Below, piece after piece: positions 50,631 to 59,517 of a stretch of DNA of 64,000 bases (position 1 is its first letter; every line of letters begins with the position of its first letter). Where the stretch lies: positions 31,981-95,980 of IMG/VR virus record IMGVR_UViG_3300021373_002437, one strand, 5' to 3'. Below the pieces are notes generated by a model, which had not been told where the DNA came from, ran no database searches, and worked only from the letters and a program-made list of their open reading frames with translations. The translations under genes were made by a program, and so were the position numbers. This stretch comes from a virus.

Positions 50631-51115
50631 TGAATATGACGGTTGAGATGGTTCAGCAGTTGAACCTTATGCACGAACAAAAAGGAATTTTTGCAGGAAC
50701 CTCTTTGAAAAAACATGTTCCAAAGATAAATCGAATCATCAGAGAGAAAGACATTGAAAGTGTTCTGGACTATGGATGTGGTAAGGCAATGTTTCACCAC
50801 AGATTGGTAGTGGACCCAGTAAAATATGACCCCGGTTACCCCCCATACTCAGAGAAACCAACTGGAAATTATGAACTGGTGATATGTACAGATGTAATGG
50901 AACATGTGGATGAACAATTCGTCTCTAAGGTTCTGGTAGAAATATTTTATTATGCCACCAAACACGTTTATCTTCATATCTCTACAAAGGAAGCTGTGAA
51001 AAAACTACCAGATGGTAGGAATGCCCATGTGACAGTTAAGCCAGAGAATTGGTGGCGAAATAAAGTAAACGCAGCAAACACTAAATTTTTGGACGTATCA
51101 TTAAGCTTTGATTAA
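50630..51115 (+). CDS. Class I SAM-dependent methyltransferase
   Basis: VLDYGCGKA, YDP, VICTDVMEHV, LPDGRNAH......WW. Confidence 0.85.
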   Translation: MNMTVEMVQQLNLMHEQKGIFAGTSLKKHVPKINRIIREKDIESVLDYGCGKAMFHHRLVVDPVKYDPGYPPYSEKPTGNYELVICTDVMEHVDEQFVSKVLVEIFYYATKHVYLHISTKEAVKKLPDGRNAHVTVKPENWWRNKVNAANTKFLDVSLSFD

Positions 51116-52583
51116 AGTAACTAAAAAAGACGAAGTTCACATAAAGATTGATTGTGACCCCGGAACTGGTCAGGAACTTAGTGAGTACTTTTCCTTTGAG
51201 GTTCCCGGTGCAAAATTTCATCCCAAGGTCCGAGCAAGACAGTGGGACGGAAAGATTCGTCTTTACAATATGTACAAACGGCTTCTTTACACTGGGCTCT
51301 TACCCTACCTTGAAGAGTTTGCAGAAAGACTTGAGTACAAAATAGAAGTGGATGTTCCCAATGTGGGAACTAATGTTTCTGAAGAGTATGTTGAGAACTT
51401 TGCTAAGGGTCTTAATCTACACTCACATGGCGATAAGATTGAAGCTAGAGACTATCAAATAGACGCTGTAACTCATAGTATCAGAGAGGGGAGGGCGTTA
51501 CTTCTGTCACCTACAGCCTCTGGTAAGTCTCTTATCATTTATCTTTTGATGAGATACCACCAAAAGTTTAACAGGAAACAACTTATCATTGTGCCCACTA
51601 CCTCTTTGGTTGAGCAGATGTATGGTGACTTTGCTGATTATGCTTCAGAAGTTGAATGGAGTCCTGAAGAAAACTGTCATCCGATCTATGGTGGTAAAGA
51701 AAAATCCAATGAAAAAAATGTAGTCATATCTACATGGCAATCTATCTACAAGTTGCCTAAGAAATGGTTTGATCAGTTTGATGTTATCTATGGGGATGAA
51801 GCCCATGGGTTTAAAGCGAAGTCTCTGGTAGAACTTCTGGAAAAAACTACCGAAGCTCCTTTTAAAATAGGGACTACTGGTACTCTAGACGGTACCAAGA
51901 CAAACAAGCTTGTTCTTGAGGGATTGTTTGGTAAGGTTAAAAAAGTCATCAGCACAAAGGAACTTATGGATAAGGGTGCTGTAGCTGATCTAGAAATTAT
52001 TTGTATGTCTCTTGATTACTCTGATGAAGATAGGAAGAAGGTTAAGGGGGCACTTTACAAAGATGAGATTGCGTGGTTAGTTAATAACGAGACTCGCAAT
52101 AGAGTCATAACAAATTTAGCAGCAAAACAAAAAGGAAATACTATGGTACTCTTCCGTGAGATTGCCCATGGTAAAACTCTTCATGCTGCGATACAAAAGA
52201 AATGTCCTGATAGAAAAGTTTATCTTGTTTATGGTGAGATTGATACTGAGAAACGAGAAGAGATACGACTGACAATTGAAAATGATACAGATGCAATTCT
52301 GGTTGCTTCTATGGGGACGTTTTCTACTGGTATAAATATGAAGAGTATAAGGAACATTATATTCGCAAGACCTACTAAGTCTAGAATTGCAGTACTTCAA
52401 AGTATTGGTAGAGGGCTTAGAAAAATGTTGGGTATTTCAGATTGTACCCTGTATGATATTGGTGATGACCTACAGTGGAAAACTAAAAAGAATCATACTC
52501 TAGAGCATATGATTGAGCGTATAAAAACATATAATGAAGAGCGGTTTAAATATAAACTAGTAAGGGTGCCTATGAATGAGTGA
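51108..52583 (+). CDS. uvsW: RNA-DNA/DNA helicase UvsW
   Basis: WDGKIRL, RDYQ, SPTASGKS, DEAH, GTFSTGIN, LQSIGRGLR. Confidence 0.96.
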   Translation: MIKVTKKDEVHIKIDCDPGTGQELSEYFSFEVPGAKFHPKVRARQWDGKIRLYNMYKRLLYTGLLPYLEEFAERLEYKIEVDVPNVGTNVSEEYVENFAKGLNLHSHGDKIEARDYQIDAVTHSIREGRALLLSPTASGKSLIIYLLMRYHQKFNRKQLIIVPTTSLVEQMYGDFADYASEVEWSPEENCHPIYGGKEKSNEKNVVISTWQSIYKLPKKWFDQFDVIYGDEAHGFKAKSLVELLEKTTEAPFKIGTTGTLDGTKTNKLVLEGLFGKVKKVISTKELMDKGAVADLEIICMSLDYSDEDRKKVKGALYKDEIAWLVNNETRNRVITNLAAKQKGNTMVLFREIAHGKTLHAAIQKKCPDRKVYLVYGEIDTEKREEIRLTIENDTDAILVASMGTFSTGINMKSIRNIIFARPTKSRIAVLQSIGRGLRKMLGISDCTLYDIGDDLQWKTKKNHTLEHMIERIKTYNEERFKYKLVRVPMNE

Positions 52584-53046
52584 ATTAAGAATTGTAAATT
52601 TGATTAATGGATTGGTTCTTGTTGGAGAAGTCAAGTTTAACGAGTATGAAGATATTACTATAGCATATCCATTAGAGGTAACTGCTAAAGCAATCTCAGA
52701 CCCAGAGACCGGAAAGGTTGTTGGAGAGCATATGATTCTCAAACCTCACTTAGTCATGACTGACGATAAAGAAGTTGATATTAGTGGTCTAAATATTATT
52801 TCTACACACAAGCTTGCAGAAAGGCTCTATAATAGCTATAATGATATGGTTGATTATGTTTATAAGAATGAAGACTTCTATGACAATCAAGGGAGTCTTG
52901 TTGATAAAGCTACTCCTAATGAGTCTTCTTCTGAACCCCCTAAACTCGAAGACTTAACGGATGAGCAGAGGAAGACTCTTAAGGATTCTGTGGACTCTCT
53001 TCTAGATAGTATTGGGAAACCCAAAAAAGACGATTCCATACATTAA
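52576..53046 (+). CDS. Hypothetical protein (possible Sm-like N-terminus) following uvsW
   Basis: IV.L.NG..LVGEV, I.YP..V; acidic tail ending in IH. Confidence 0.65.
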   Translation: MSELRIVNLINGLVLVGEVKFNEYEDITIAYPLEVTAKAISDPETGKVVGEHMILKPHLVMTDDKEVDISGLNIISTHKLAERLYNSYNDMVDYVYKNEDFYDNQGSLVDKATPNESSSEPPKLEDLTDEQRKTLKDSVDSLLDSIGKPKKDDSIH

Positions 53047-53071
53047 AATATCCCTTTAACCCAACAGGAAC

Positions 53072-53100
53072 ATTATAACAACATTTGAAAGGGGTGTCAA
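53072..53100 (-). promoter_or_regulatory. Consensus sigma70 promoter, antisense orientation
   Basis: Reverse strand TTGACA-CCCCTTTCAAATGTTGT(17)-TATAAT. Confidence 0.75.
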
Positions 53101-53107
53101 GGAAAAA

Positions 53108-53848
53108 ATGAATTATTTAATGCTAATTGTGTTGCCGCAATTTTTGTTGAGTTTGCTGGCACTCGCAATTTTACCCGGTGATACTCAGTGGCTTTTTCTT
53201 ACCTTCGTTTCATGGTTCTGCATGTATGTGATGGGTGAGGGGATATTCTTACACAAGTATTTTACTCACAGATCATTTGAAACCAGACCATGGATAGCCA
53301 AATTGTTTGCTACCTTTGCCATACTGGGTGGGTACGGGTCTCCCATAAGATTCAGGGGTATACATCTTCTTCATCATAAATATACAGATAAGGATGGTGA
53401 CCCTCATAGCCCAAGGGACGGGCTAGCACACGCTATGGGTTTGTGGTACGACTCTGATATTATTTTTCCTGCGATGTACTGTAGAGAACTTCTAAAAGAT
53501 AAATACTACCGGTTTCTAGACAAATATTCAATTAGTATACTTTGGGTAAGTGCTATGGTTTTGTCAATTTTTAGCATAAAAGCGGTACTTTTTGGCATTT
53601 TTTTGCCGGGTTTTATCGGTTTTTTGTTGATTGGTGTCAGTAATACTCTAACCCATACCATAGGCACCAGAAGGTTCAAAACTGACGATAACAGTAGAAA
53701 TATCGCATTGCTTAGTTGGCTGACTTGGCAGGGGGGTGTCTTGCATAATAACCATCATGCAAAACCTAATAGATATCACGACAGCCATGCGTGGTATGAG
53801 TTTGATATTGGTAAATATATAGTGCCTTTAATAGCCACTAAATATTGA
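53108..53848 (+). CDS. Membrane fatty acid (delta-9 type) desaturase
   Basis: Three His boxes HKYFTH, HLLHH, HNNHH; D..GDPHSP; hydrophobic segments. Confidence 0.9.
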   Translation: MNYLMLIVLPQFLLSLLALAILPGDTQWLFLTFVSWFCMYVMGEGIFLHKYFTHRSFETRPWIAKLFATFAILGGYGSPIRFRGIHLLHHKYTDKDGDPHSPRDGLAHAMGLWYDSDIIFPAMYCRELLKDKYYRFLDKYSISILWVSAMVLSIFSIKAVLFGIFLPGFIGFLLIGVSNTLTHTIGTRRFKTDDNSRNIALLSWLTWQGGVLHNNHHAKPNRYHDSHAWYEFDIGKYIVPLIATKY

Positions 53849-53874
53849 CACGGGTTACCATTTTGTGGTATAAT
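53845..53874 (+). promoter_or_regulatory. Sigma70-type promoter for gene 55
   Basis: TTGACA-N18-TATAAT with TG extension. Confidence 0.8.
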
Positions 53875-53898
53875 GACTAGTAAATATTGAGGTAAAAA

Positions 53899-54492
53899 AT
53901 GTCTGATAAAACCAACACTGCTCACTATGTGGACAACAAAGAATTCTTTGCTGCCATGTGTGAGTGGAAAGACCAAATGATTGAATCAGAGAGCGCAGGT
54001 GAACCAAGACCCCAGTGTAGTCGTTACATTGGAGAATGCTTTGTAAAAATCTGTAACCATCTTGCATACAAAGCCAACTTTGTTAACTACTCATACCGGG
54101 ACGAAATGGTTCTGGATGGGATTGAACAGTGTCTTCGTTATGCTCACAACTTTAATCCGGTCAAATCTAAAAACGCTTTCGCATACTTCACACAGATAGC
54201 ATACTATGCTTTTGTCCGAAGAATCAAGAAGGAAACTAAACAAGATACCACCAAGCTAAAGTACTTGAGTAGTATGGACCTTCACGAATTGCTGAATGAT
54301 ATTGAGGGAGAGTCATCTTCCAATGATTTCCTGCAGTGGGTTCGTGATCAGATAGATGCAATTGAGAAAGACAAGGCAGAGCTTGATACTTTAAACACAG
54401 ACAGTAATAAGCCGAAGCGCCGACCTCTGTATTTCGATGCCAAGAAAGAAGAAAATGATGAAGAAGTTATTGACAAACCACTAGGAATTTGA
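53899..54492 (+). CDS. 55: Late transcription sigma factor gp55
   Basis: HYVDNKEF, YIGECF.KI..HL, NF.NY.Y..EM..DGIE.C, NF.P.KS.NAFAYFTQI.YYAF.RRI.KE. Confidence 0.96.
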   Translation: MSDKTNTAHYVDNKEFFAAMCEWKDQMIESESAGEPRPQCSRYIGECFVKICNHLAYKANFVNYSYRDEMVLDGIEQCLRYAHNFNPVKSKNAFAYFTQIAYYAFVRRIKKETKQDTTKLKYLSSMDLHELLNDIEGESSSNDFLQWVRDQIDAIEKDKAELDTLNTDSNKPKRRPLYFDAKKEENDEEVIDKPLGI

Positions 54493-54498
54493 TAAACT
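54470..54498 (+). promoter_or_regulatory. Sigma70-type promoter
   Basis: TTGACA-N17-TAAACT overlapping the end of gene 55. Confidence 0.65.
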
Positions 54499-54521
54499 GT
54501 CACATTTTTAAGGAGATTTGT

Positions 54522-54731
54522 ATGCTAGAAAACCGACACAGCGTAATCCGTAGAAAGCCTTATATTGGTAGCGGAGGTCAAGGACCAGACACTATGTATG
54601 TAGTTGAGCTTTACGAGAACAAGCAGTTGGTTGAAGAACGGGAACTCCCCGGCAAATCTAAACATTATGCAGACTCAGTTAGTGAAAACTGGGGCGAGGG
54701 TATTTTAAATTATGGCGATAAATCTGGATAG
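54522..54731 (+). CDS. Hypothetical protein
   Basis: AAGGAG SD before ATG 54522; ends with K..HYA.SV.ENW..GIL. Confidence 0.65.
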   Translation: MLENRHSVIRRKPYIGSGGQGPDTMYVVELYENKQLVEERELPGKSKHYADSVSENWGEGILNYGDKSG

Positions 54732-55254
54732 CGTACAGTATGTTGTTGACTTAGAAACACTCAGCACAAGAAAGAACGCAGCCATTGTATCCATAGGCTG
54801 CGTAGAATTCTCATTGAAGGATGGGATTCTAGACGAATACTTTGTAAACATTTCCCCGAAGTCTGCGAAGGAGCATGGCTTACACATCGATAAATCTACT
54901 GTCCAGTGGTGGGCAGACCAGTCACAAGAGGCTAGAGATTCGTGGATGAAAGACCCAGTAGACTTGAAGACTGGGCTTATGGGATTTGAACAATTCTATC
55001 AGAAAGCGTGTCCCATATGGGGCTTCGGTGCTGACTTCGACATTGCAATTTTGGAATCAGCATTCTACGCAATCGATTACCATAAAGATAAAGTTTATGG
55101 TGAACATCTACCATGGAGATTCTGGGATGTGTATTGTCTCAGGACACTTTCAAACGTAGTTAAAATGAAGCTTGAAAAGACAGGCATCAATCACAACGCT
55201 TTGCACGATGCACACGCAGAGGCAGAGCTTATCATGAAAATTTTGAAAACCTAG
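54712..55254 (+). CDS. DEDD 3'-5' exonuclease (DexA-like)
   Basis: VDLETL, SIG.V.F, T.QWW, WG.GA.FD, HNALHDA. Confidence 0.85.
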   Translation: MAINLDSVQYVVDLETLSTRKNAAIVSIGCVEFSLKDGILDEYFVNISPKSAKEHGLHIDKSTVQWWADQSQEARDSWMKDPVDLKTGLMGFEQFYQKACPIWGFGADFDIAILESAFYAIDYHKDKVYGEHLPWRFWDVYCLRTLSNVVKMKLEKTGINHNALHDAHAEAELIMKILKT

Positions 55255-55263
55255 AGGTATATT

Positions 55264-55494
55264 ATGGACACAGCTAAAGTACGTTCAGCAGTTGTTGAGC
55301 TTGACCAATCCATGACTCGTGCAGACGCCGAGCGTGATTTCCAGAAAGAGAAGATCAGTGCGGTTGCTGAAGAGCAAGGCATTGATAAGCGAGTCCTGCG
55401 TAAAATGGCTCGTGCTTATCACAAGAGCAACTTCCAAGATGAAGCTGCCCAGAACGATGAGTTTGAGACCATCTACACCAATGTAATGAGCTAA
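55264..55494 (+). CDS. dsDNA-binding protein, T4 DsbA-like
   Basis: AERD..KE......E..GI.K..LRKMA..YHK.NF. Confidence 0.7.
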   Translation: MDTAKVRSAVVELDQSMTRADAERDFQKEKISAVAEEQGIDKRVLRKMARAYHKSNFQDEAAQNDEFETIYTNVMS

Positions 55495-55498
55495 GGCT

Positions 55499-56446
55499 AT
55501 GGAAAAAGTCTTAGTTACTGGTGGCAATGGGTTCATCGGCAGACAAGTTGTATGGCATCTTTTCGAGGCAGGCTATGAGCCAGTTGTAATTGACTGGGAA
55601 AATAAGCTTGGTCTCCCTTCCTTCACTCTTTCCTTCGATGATCGAAATGTATTACAGATCATGAAGAATAATGGGATTAAGAAAGTCATACACTTGGCTG
55701 CAGATCACGAGGTTGGCAGGAGCATGGATGAACCGTCCGTGTACTACAACAACAACGTAGCAAGTTCTATTCGCTTTCTGGATATGTGTATTCAAGCAGG
55801 CGTAGAGCAGTTTATATTCAGCAGTTCTAGTAGCGTGTACGATGCATATTCGACTGACAATGGTGTATGCCTTGAGTACAGTAAACTCGGTGGAAGTTCT
55901 CCATATGCCAGAACTAAACAAATGTTTGAGCATATCTTGTTGGACTATGGTGCTGCGTATGGCATAAAAACGATTTCTCTCAGGTACTTCAATGCAGCGG
56001 GGGCTTCCCCCGACTTACTTCATGGGTACACACAGGAACCACCGACACACCTGTTCCCAGTCTTAGCCAAATGCTTTGTAGAAGATGCTCCTTTCACAAT
56101 TCATGGCGACGATTACGGGACAGAAGATGGTACCTGCATTAGAGACTACACCCACGTAGATGACATTGCAAGGGCTCATGTGTCTGCGCTTAATTATAGC
56201 GGTCCCCGTGGTGCGTTCAATTTGGGTATGGGTGAAGGATATTCGGTTCAAGAAATCATACAGGAATTTTGTGACTACACTGGGAAAGTTATTTCAGTGG
56301 AGGTTGGTCCTCGCAGACCGGGAGATGTACCCAAGCGAATCGCAAACTGGGGTCTTGCATATAACCTTCTTAACTGGAAACCGATGTGGACCCTGAAAGA
56401 TATGGTGATGCATGCGTATGAATGGGAAAAGCTTAGATGCAAGTAG
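55499..56446 (+). CDS. galE: UDP-glucose 4-epimerase
   Basis: VLVTGGNGFIG, HLAA, FSSS, YARTK (YxxxK), LRYFNAAGA, DGTCIRDY.HV.D, RR.GD. Confidence 0.9.
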   Translation: MEKVLVTGGNGFIGRQVVWHLFEAGYEPVVIDWENKLGLPSFTLSFDDRNVLQIMKNNGIKKVIHLAADHEVGRSMDEPSVYYNNNVASSIRFLDMCIQAGVEQFIFSSSSSVYDAYSTDNGVCLEYSKLGGSSPYARTKQMFEHILLDYGAAYGIKTISLRYFNAAGASPDLLHGYTQEPPTHLFPVLAKCFVEDAPFTIHGDDYGTEDGTCIRDYTHVDDIARAHVSALNYSGPRGAFNLGMGEGYSVQEIIQEFCDYTGKVISVEVGPRRPGDVPKRIANWGLAYNLLNWKPMWTLKDMVMHAYEWEKLRCK

Positions 56447-57495
56447 CTTGGATAACTGATTTACATTTCGGTGCTCGTAATGATCACCCCGTGTTCAATA
56501 AGCACATTGAAACTTTCTATACAGAAACTTTCTTTCCACACCTGCGCGAGAATGGAATCAAAGATATCTTCATGATGGGTGACACTTTTGAGCGCCGAAA
56601 GTATATCAACTTCCACACTCTTTACCAGTGCAGGAAATATTATTTCGATGTTGCTAGGGATGAAGGAATCAACATTCATATCATTCCGGGCAATCACGAT
56701 ACATATTTCAAGAACACCAATGAGGTTAACTCCCCTAGGCTGTTGTTGAATGAGTATGAGAATATTATCCAGTACCACCATGTGACAGATGTTAAGGTTG
56801 GAAACTCTACCTTCTGCTTTGTCCCATGGATTACAAAGGAAAATGAAGATGAGTTTGTTAAAGCGATTAAAGCCTCGACTGCAGACGTTTGCCTTGGACA
56901 TTTTGAATTCACGGGTTATAAGATGCATCGTGACACCATTAATCCTCATGGCATGGCTCCTAGTGTGGTCGATCATTTTCCTCTGGTTATTAGTGGTCAT
57001 TTCCACCATCGGCATTCTAAGGGCAATATTACATACATGGGAAACCCATATGAAATAACTTGGTCTGACTATGGTGATACCCGTGGGTTCGCAGTATTCG
57101 ATTGCGACACTAAGAAGATGGAGTATGTGAATAACCCAGTCAAGATTCATCACAAGGTCTACTACAATGACACTGAAGAGAGTCAACATGGTGACCCTAT
57201 GGAAACAGACTTCGAATCACTTAAGAACGGCTGTGTGAAAGTCTACGTGGAAAAGAAGTCAGACTTGAAGAAGTATGATAAGTTCATGGATAAGATTGAT
57301 GAGCAAGACCCGATTGATGTTAAGCCGGTTGAAGACTTGAGTGAAGAGTTTGAGCGTGGTGATGAACACATTGATGTTGAAGACACTATGACAATCCTCA
57401 AAGACTATGTTGATGAGATTGAGATTACTCTGAACAAGGATGAGATTAAGAATAGACTGCAGACTTTGCATATTGAGGCACTTGAAATACTATGA
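56437..57495 (+). CDS. 47: Recombination nuclease gp47 (Mre11-like)
   Basis: TDLHFG.R, GD.F.RRK, GNHD, GH.E, SGHFH, Y.GNPY. Confidence 0.96.
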   Translation: MQVAWITDLHFGARNDHPVFNKHIETFYTETFFPHLRENGIKDIFMMGDTFERRKYINFHTLYQCRKYYFDVARDEGINIHIIPGNHDTYFKNTNEVNSPRLLLNEYENIIQYHHVTDVKVGNSTFCFVPWITKENEDEFVKAIKASTADVCLGHFEFTGYKMHRDTINPHGMAPSVVDHFPLVISGHFHHRHSKGNITYMGNPYEITWSDYGDTRGFAVFDCDTKKMEYVNNPVKIHHKVYYNDTEESQHGDPMETDFESLKNGCVKVYVEKKSDLKKYDKFMDKIDEQDPIDVKPVEDLSEEFERGDEHIDVEDTMTILKDYVDEIEITLNKDEIKNRLQTLHIEALEIL

Positions 57496-57502
57496 TAAAT
57501 TT

Positions 57503-57685
57503 CCAGACAGTCACCCAAGAACTCTTGCTGGAGTTGAGGGTGGTTATCATTTGGACCATATTATAGAAGTGAGAATTGGGTTTGATTGGGGTATTCCCCC
57601 AGAAGAACTCAGTAAAATTGAAAATTTGAGAATACTTCCTTGGAGAGAAAATCTTGCGAGGAATAGGAGGGTAGAACCGTCATAG
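57503..57685 (+). pseudogene. HNH homing endonuclease C-terminal remnant between 47 and 46
   Basis: PDSHPRTLAGVEGGYHLDHII...GIPPEE..IENLRILPWREN; no proper in-frame start with SD. Confidence 0.7.
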
Positions 57686-59349
57686 CGTTTCAGGTAGTCC
57701 GATGGAAGAATTTTCTAGCGACAGGCAATGCGTTTACCGAGATTCGGCTGGATGATGCTCCAACGAAATTGATCTTTGGTAAGAATGGACATGGTAAATC
57801 CACGGTGTTGGATGCGATTACCTTTGCCCTTTTCAATAAGCCATTTAGGAATATCTCCAAGCCCCAGTTGGTCAACTCAGTCAACGGGAAGAAGGCTCTG
57901 GTTGAGATTGAGTTCAGTATTGGTAATAAGCATTACCTGATACGTCGAGGCATTCAGCCAAACGTATTTGATATTGTCATTGATGGTGAGAAGCTAGACC
58001 AGAATGCAAACGTGCGTGACTTCCAGAAGCACCTTGAGGAAAACATTCTCAAGCTGAACTACAAGTCATTCACACAGATTGTGATCTTGGGCAGTGCTAC
58101 CTTCACACCATTCATGCAGTTGACCACGGCTGTCCGTAGAGAAATTATTGAAGACCTACTGGACATACGAATCTTTACAGCTATGAAAGACGTATTGAAA
58201 CAGAAGACCACTATTATTAAAGAGAGGTTGGTCGAGGTTGATGCTGATCTTCGTCGTGTTGGTGAGGTCATGGAGGTAACTAATAAGTACATTGATGTAC
58301 TCAAAACTGACAAGTCGGAAAAAGCAGATCGGATAACCAGTGAAATAGAGACCTTGAAAAAATCTAGCAAGGAGACATTCAAGGAAATGAATGCTCTGAT
58401 TGAAGAGAAGGATGAGATTGGTGATGTTGTTGGTGAGAAACAAAAGCTAGAGACTTATAAAAATGAAGTGACTTTTAAGATAAACCAATTAAAGAAACAA
58501 ATAACTTTCTATGAGTCTAATAGTGAATGTCCAACATGTAAACAGCCCATTGATGAGGATTTTAAAAAGGGTGTATGTGATGAGCATAATGGTAAGCTGA
58601 CCACGATGCAGGCTGGTAGTGAAGGCATCAATAAAAAGCTTGATGAAATTAACGAGGCACATAAAAAGTATGTTGGGTTGTCCGAGAAGACTGGGGAACT
58701 CCAGACAATACTGAGAACCAACAAGACTCTGTTAGATCGCTTGGAAAACGAATTAAAGGAAGTGGAAAAGCTTTCTGGTAATATTGAAGAAGAAGAGGCG
58801 AAGGCAGCGAGTTTAGTAGAAGAGATTGCTGCCCACCAAGCGTTGAAAGATGAACTGACAGAAGAGCAGCATTACAATACTGCCATCGAATCCCTACTGA
58901 AAGACTCGGGGATTAAGACGAAAATAATTCGACAATATTTGCCGGTGATTAACAAGTTGGTGAATAAATACTTGACAGCCATGGACTTCTATGTAAACTT
59001 TGAACTAGATGAAACGTTCAAGGAAACAATCAAGTCCCGGCACCGAGATAAGTTTACCTATGCATCCTTTAGTGAGGGGCAGAAGCAAAGGATTGATTTG
59101 GCATTACTGTTTACTTGGAGAGATATAGCCAAGCTGAAGAACAGTGCCAGCACCAATCTACTAATGCTGGATGAGATTTTTGATAGTTCTCTGGATGATG
59201 ACGGTATTGATATTGTGAAGAAGCTGATTCATAAGGTCAGTGAAGATAACAATGTATTTGTAATAACACCTAAGCCAGATGACCTGTTTGACATGTTCAA
59301 GGAAGTCATTGAGTTTAGATTAAACGGAAACTATTCACAGAAGGTGTAA
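57679..59349 (+). CDS. 46: Recombination ATPase gp46 (Rad50-like); start codon anomalous
   Basis: V-IAFQVVRWKNFLATGN, GKNGHGKS (Walker A), CPTC zinc hook, FSEGQK signature, LDEIFD. The frame is open only from 57667 and has no ATG/GTG/TTG until 57769. Confidence 0.93.
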   Translation, partial: VIAFQVVRWKNFLATGNAFTEIRLDDAPTKLIFGKNGHGKSTVLDAITFALFNKPFRNISKPQLVNSVNGKKALVEIEFSIGNKHYLIRRGIQPNVFDIVIDGEKLDQNANVRDFQKHLEENILKLNYKSFTQIVILGSATFTPFMQLTTAVRREIIEDLLDIRIFTAMKDVLKQKTTIIKERLVEVDADLRRVGEVMEVTNKYIDVLKTDKSEKADRITSEIETLKKSSKETFKEMNALIEEKDEIGDVVGEKQKLETYKNEVTFKINQLKKQITFYESNSECPTCKQPIDEDFKKGVCDEHNGKLTTMQAGSEGINKKLDEINEAHKKYVGLSEKTGELQTILRTNKTLLDRLENELKEVEKLSGNIEEEEAKAASLVEEIAAHQALKDELTEEQHYNTAIESLLKDSGIKTKIIRQYLPVINKLVNKYLTAMDFYVNFELDETFKETIKSRHRDKFTYASFSEGQKQRIDLALLFTWRDIAKLKNSASTNLLMLDEIFDSSLDDDGIDIVKKLIHKVSEDNNVFVITPKPDDLFDMFKEVIEFRLNGNYSQKV

Positions 59350-59382
59350 CATGGATATTGTAGCGATCAGTGAAATTAACAC

Positions 59383-59411
59383 TTGACATCTAGGAAACAT
59401 GGTGTTATTCT
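59383..59411 (+). promoter_or_regulatory. Sigma70-type promoter for the tRNA cluster
   Basis: TTGACA-N17-TATTCT with TG extension. Confidence 0.7.
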
Positions 59412-59423
59412 AGATAAAAATTT

Positions 59424-59509
59424 GGGTAGGTATGCAAAATGGTTGAAGCAGGCAGACTGTAAATCTGTCCCGTAAGGCACTGTTGGTTCAAGTCCAGCCC
59501 TGCCCACCA
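59424..59509 (+). tRNA. tRNA-Tyr(GTA)
   Basis: GGGTAGG/CCTGCCC acceptor, GCAGA-CT GTA AA-TCTGT, long variable arm, TTCAAGT T-loop, A73, CCA. Confidence 0.95.
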
Positions 59510-59517
59510 AATTAAAC

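Noticed and set aside
56461-57189. 242-aa minus-strand ORF (and many similar antisense ORFs in the track)
   Set aside because: Lies wholly opposite gene 47, with no motifs, SD or promoter.
57513-57699. Group I intron in gene 46
   Set aside because: 187 nt mostly occupied by HNH coding sequence; no recognisable P3-P7 catalytic core.
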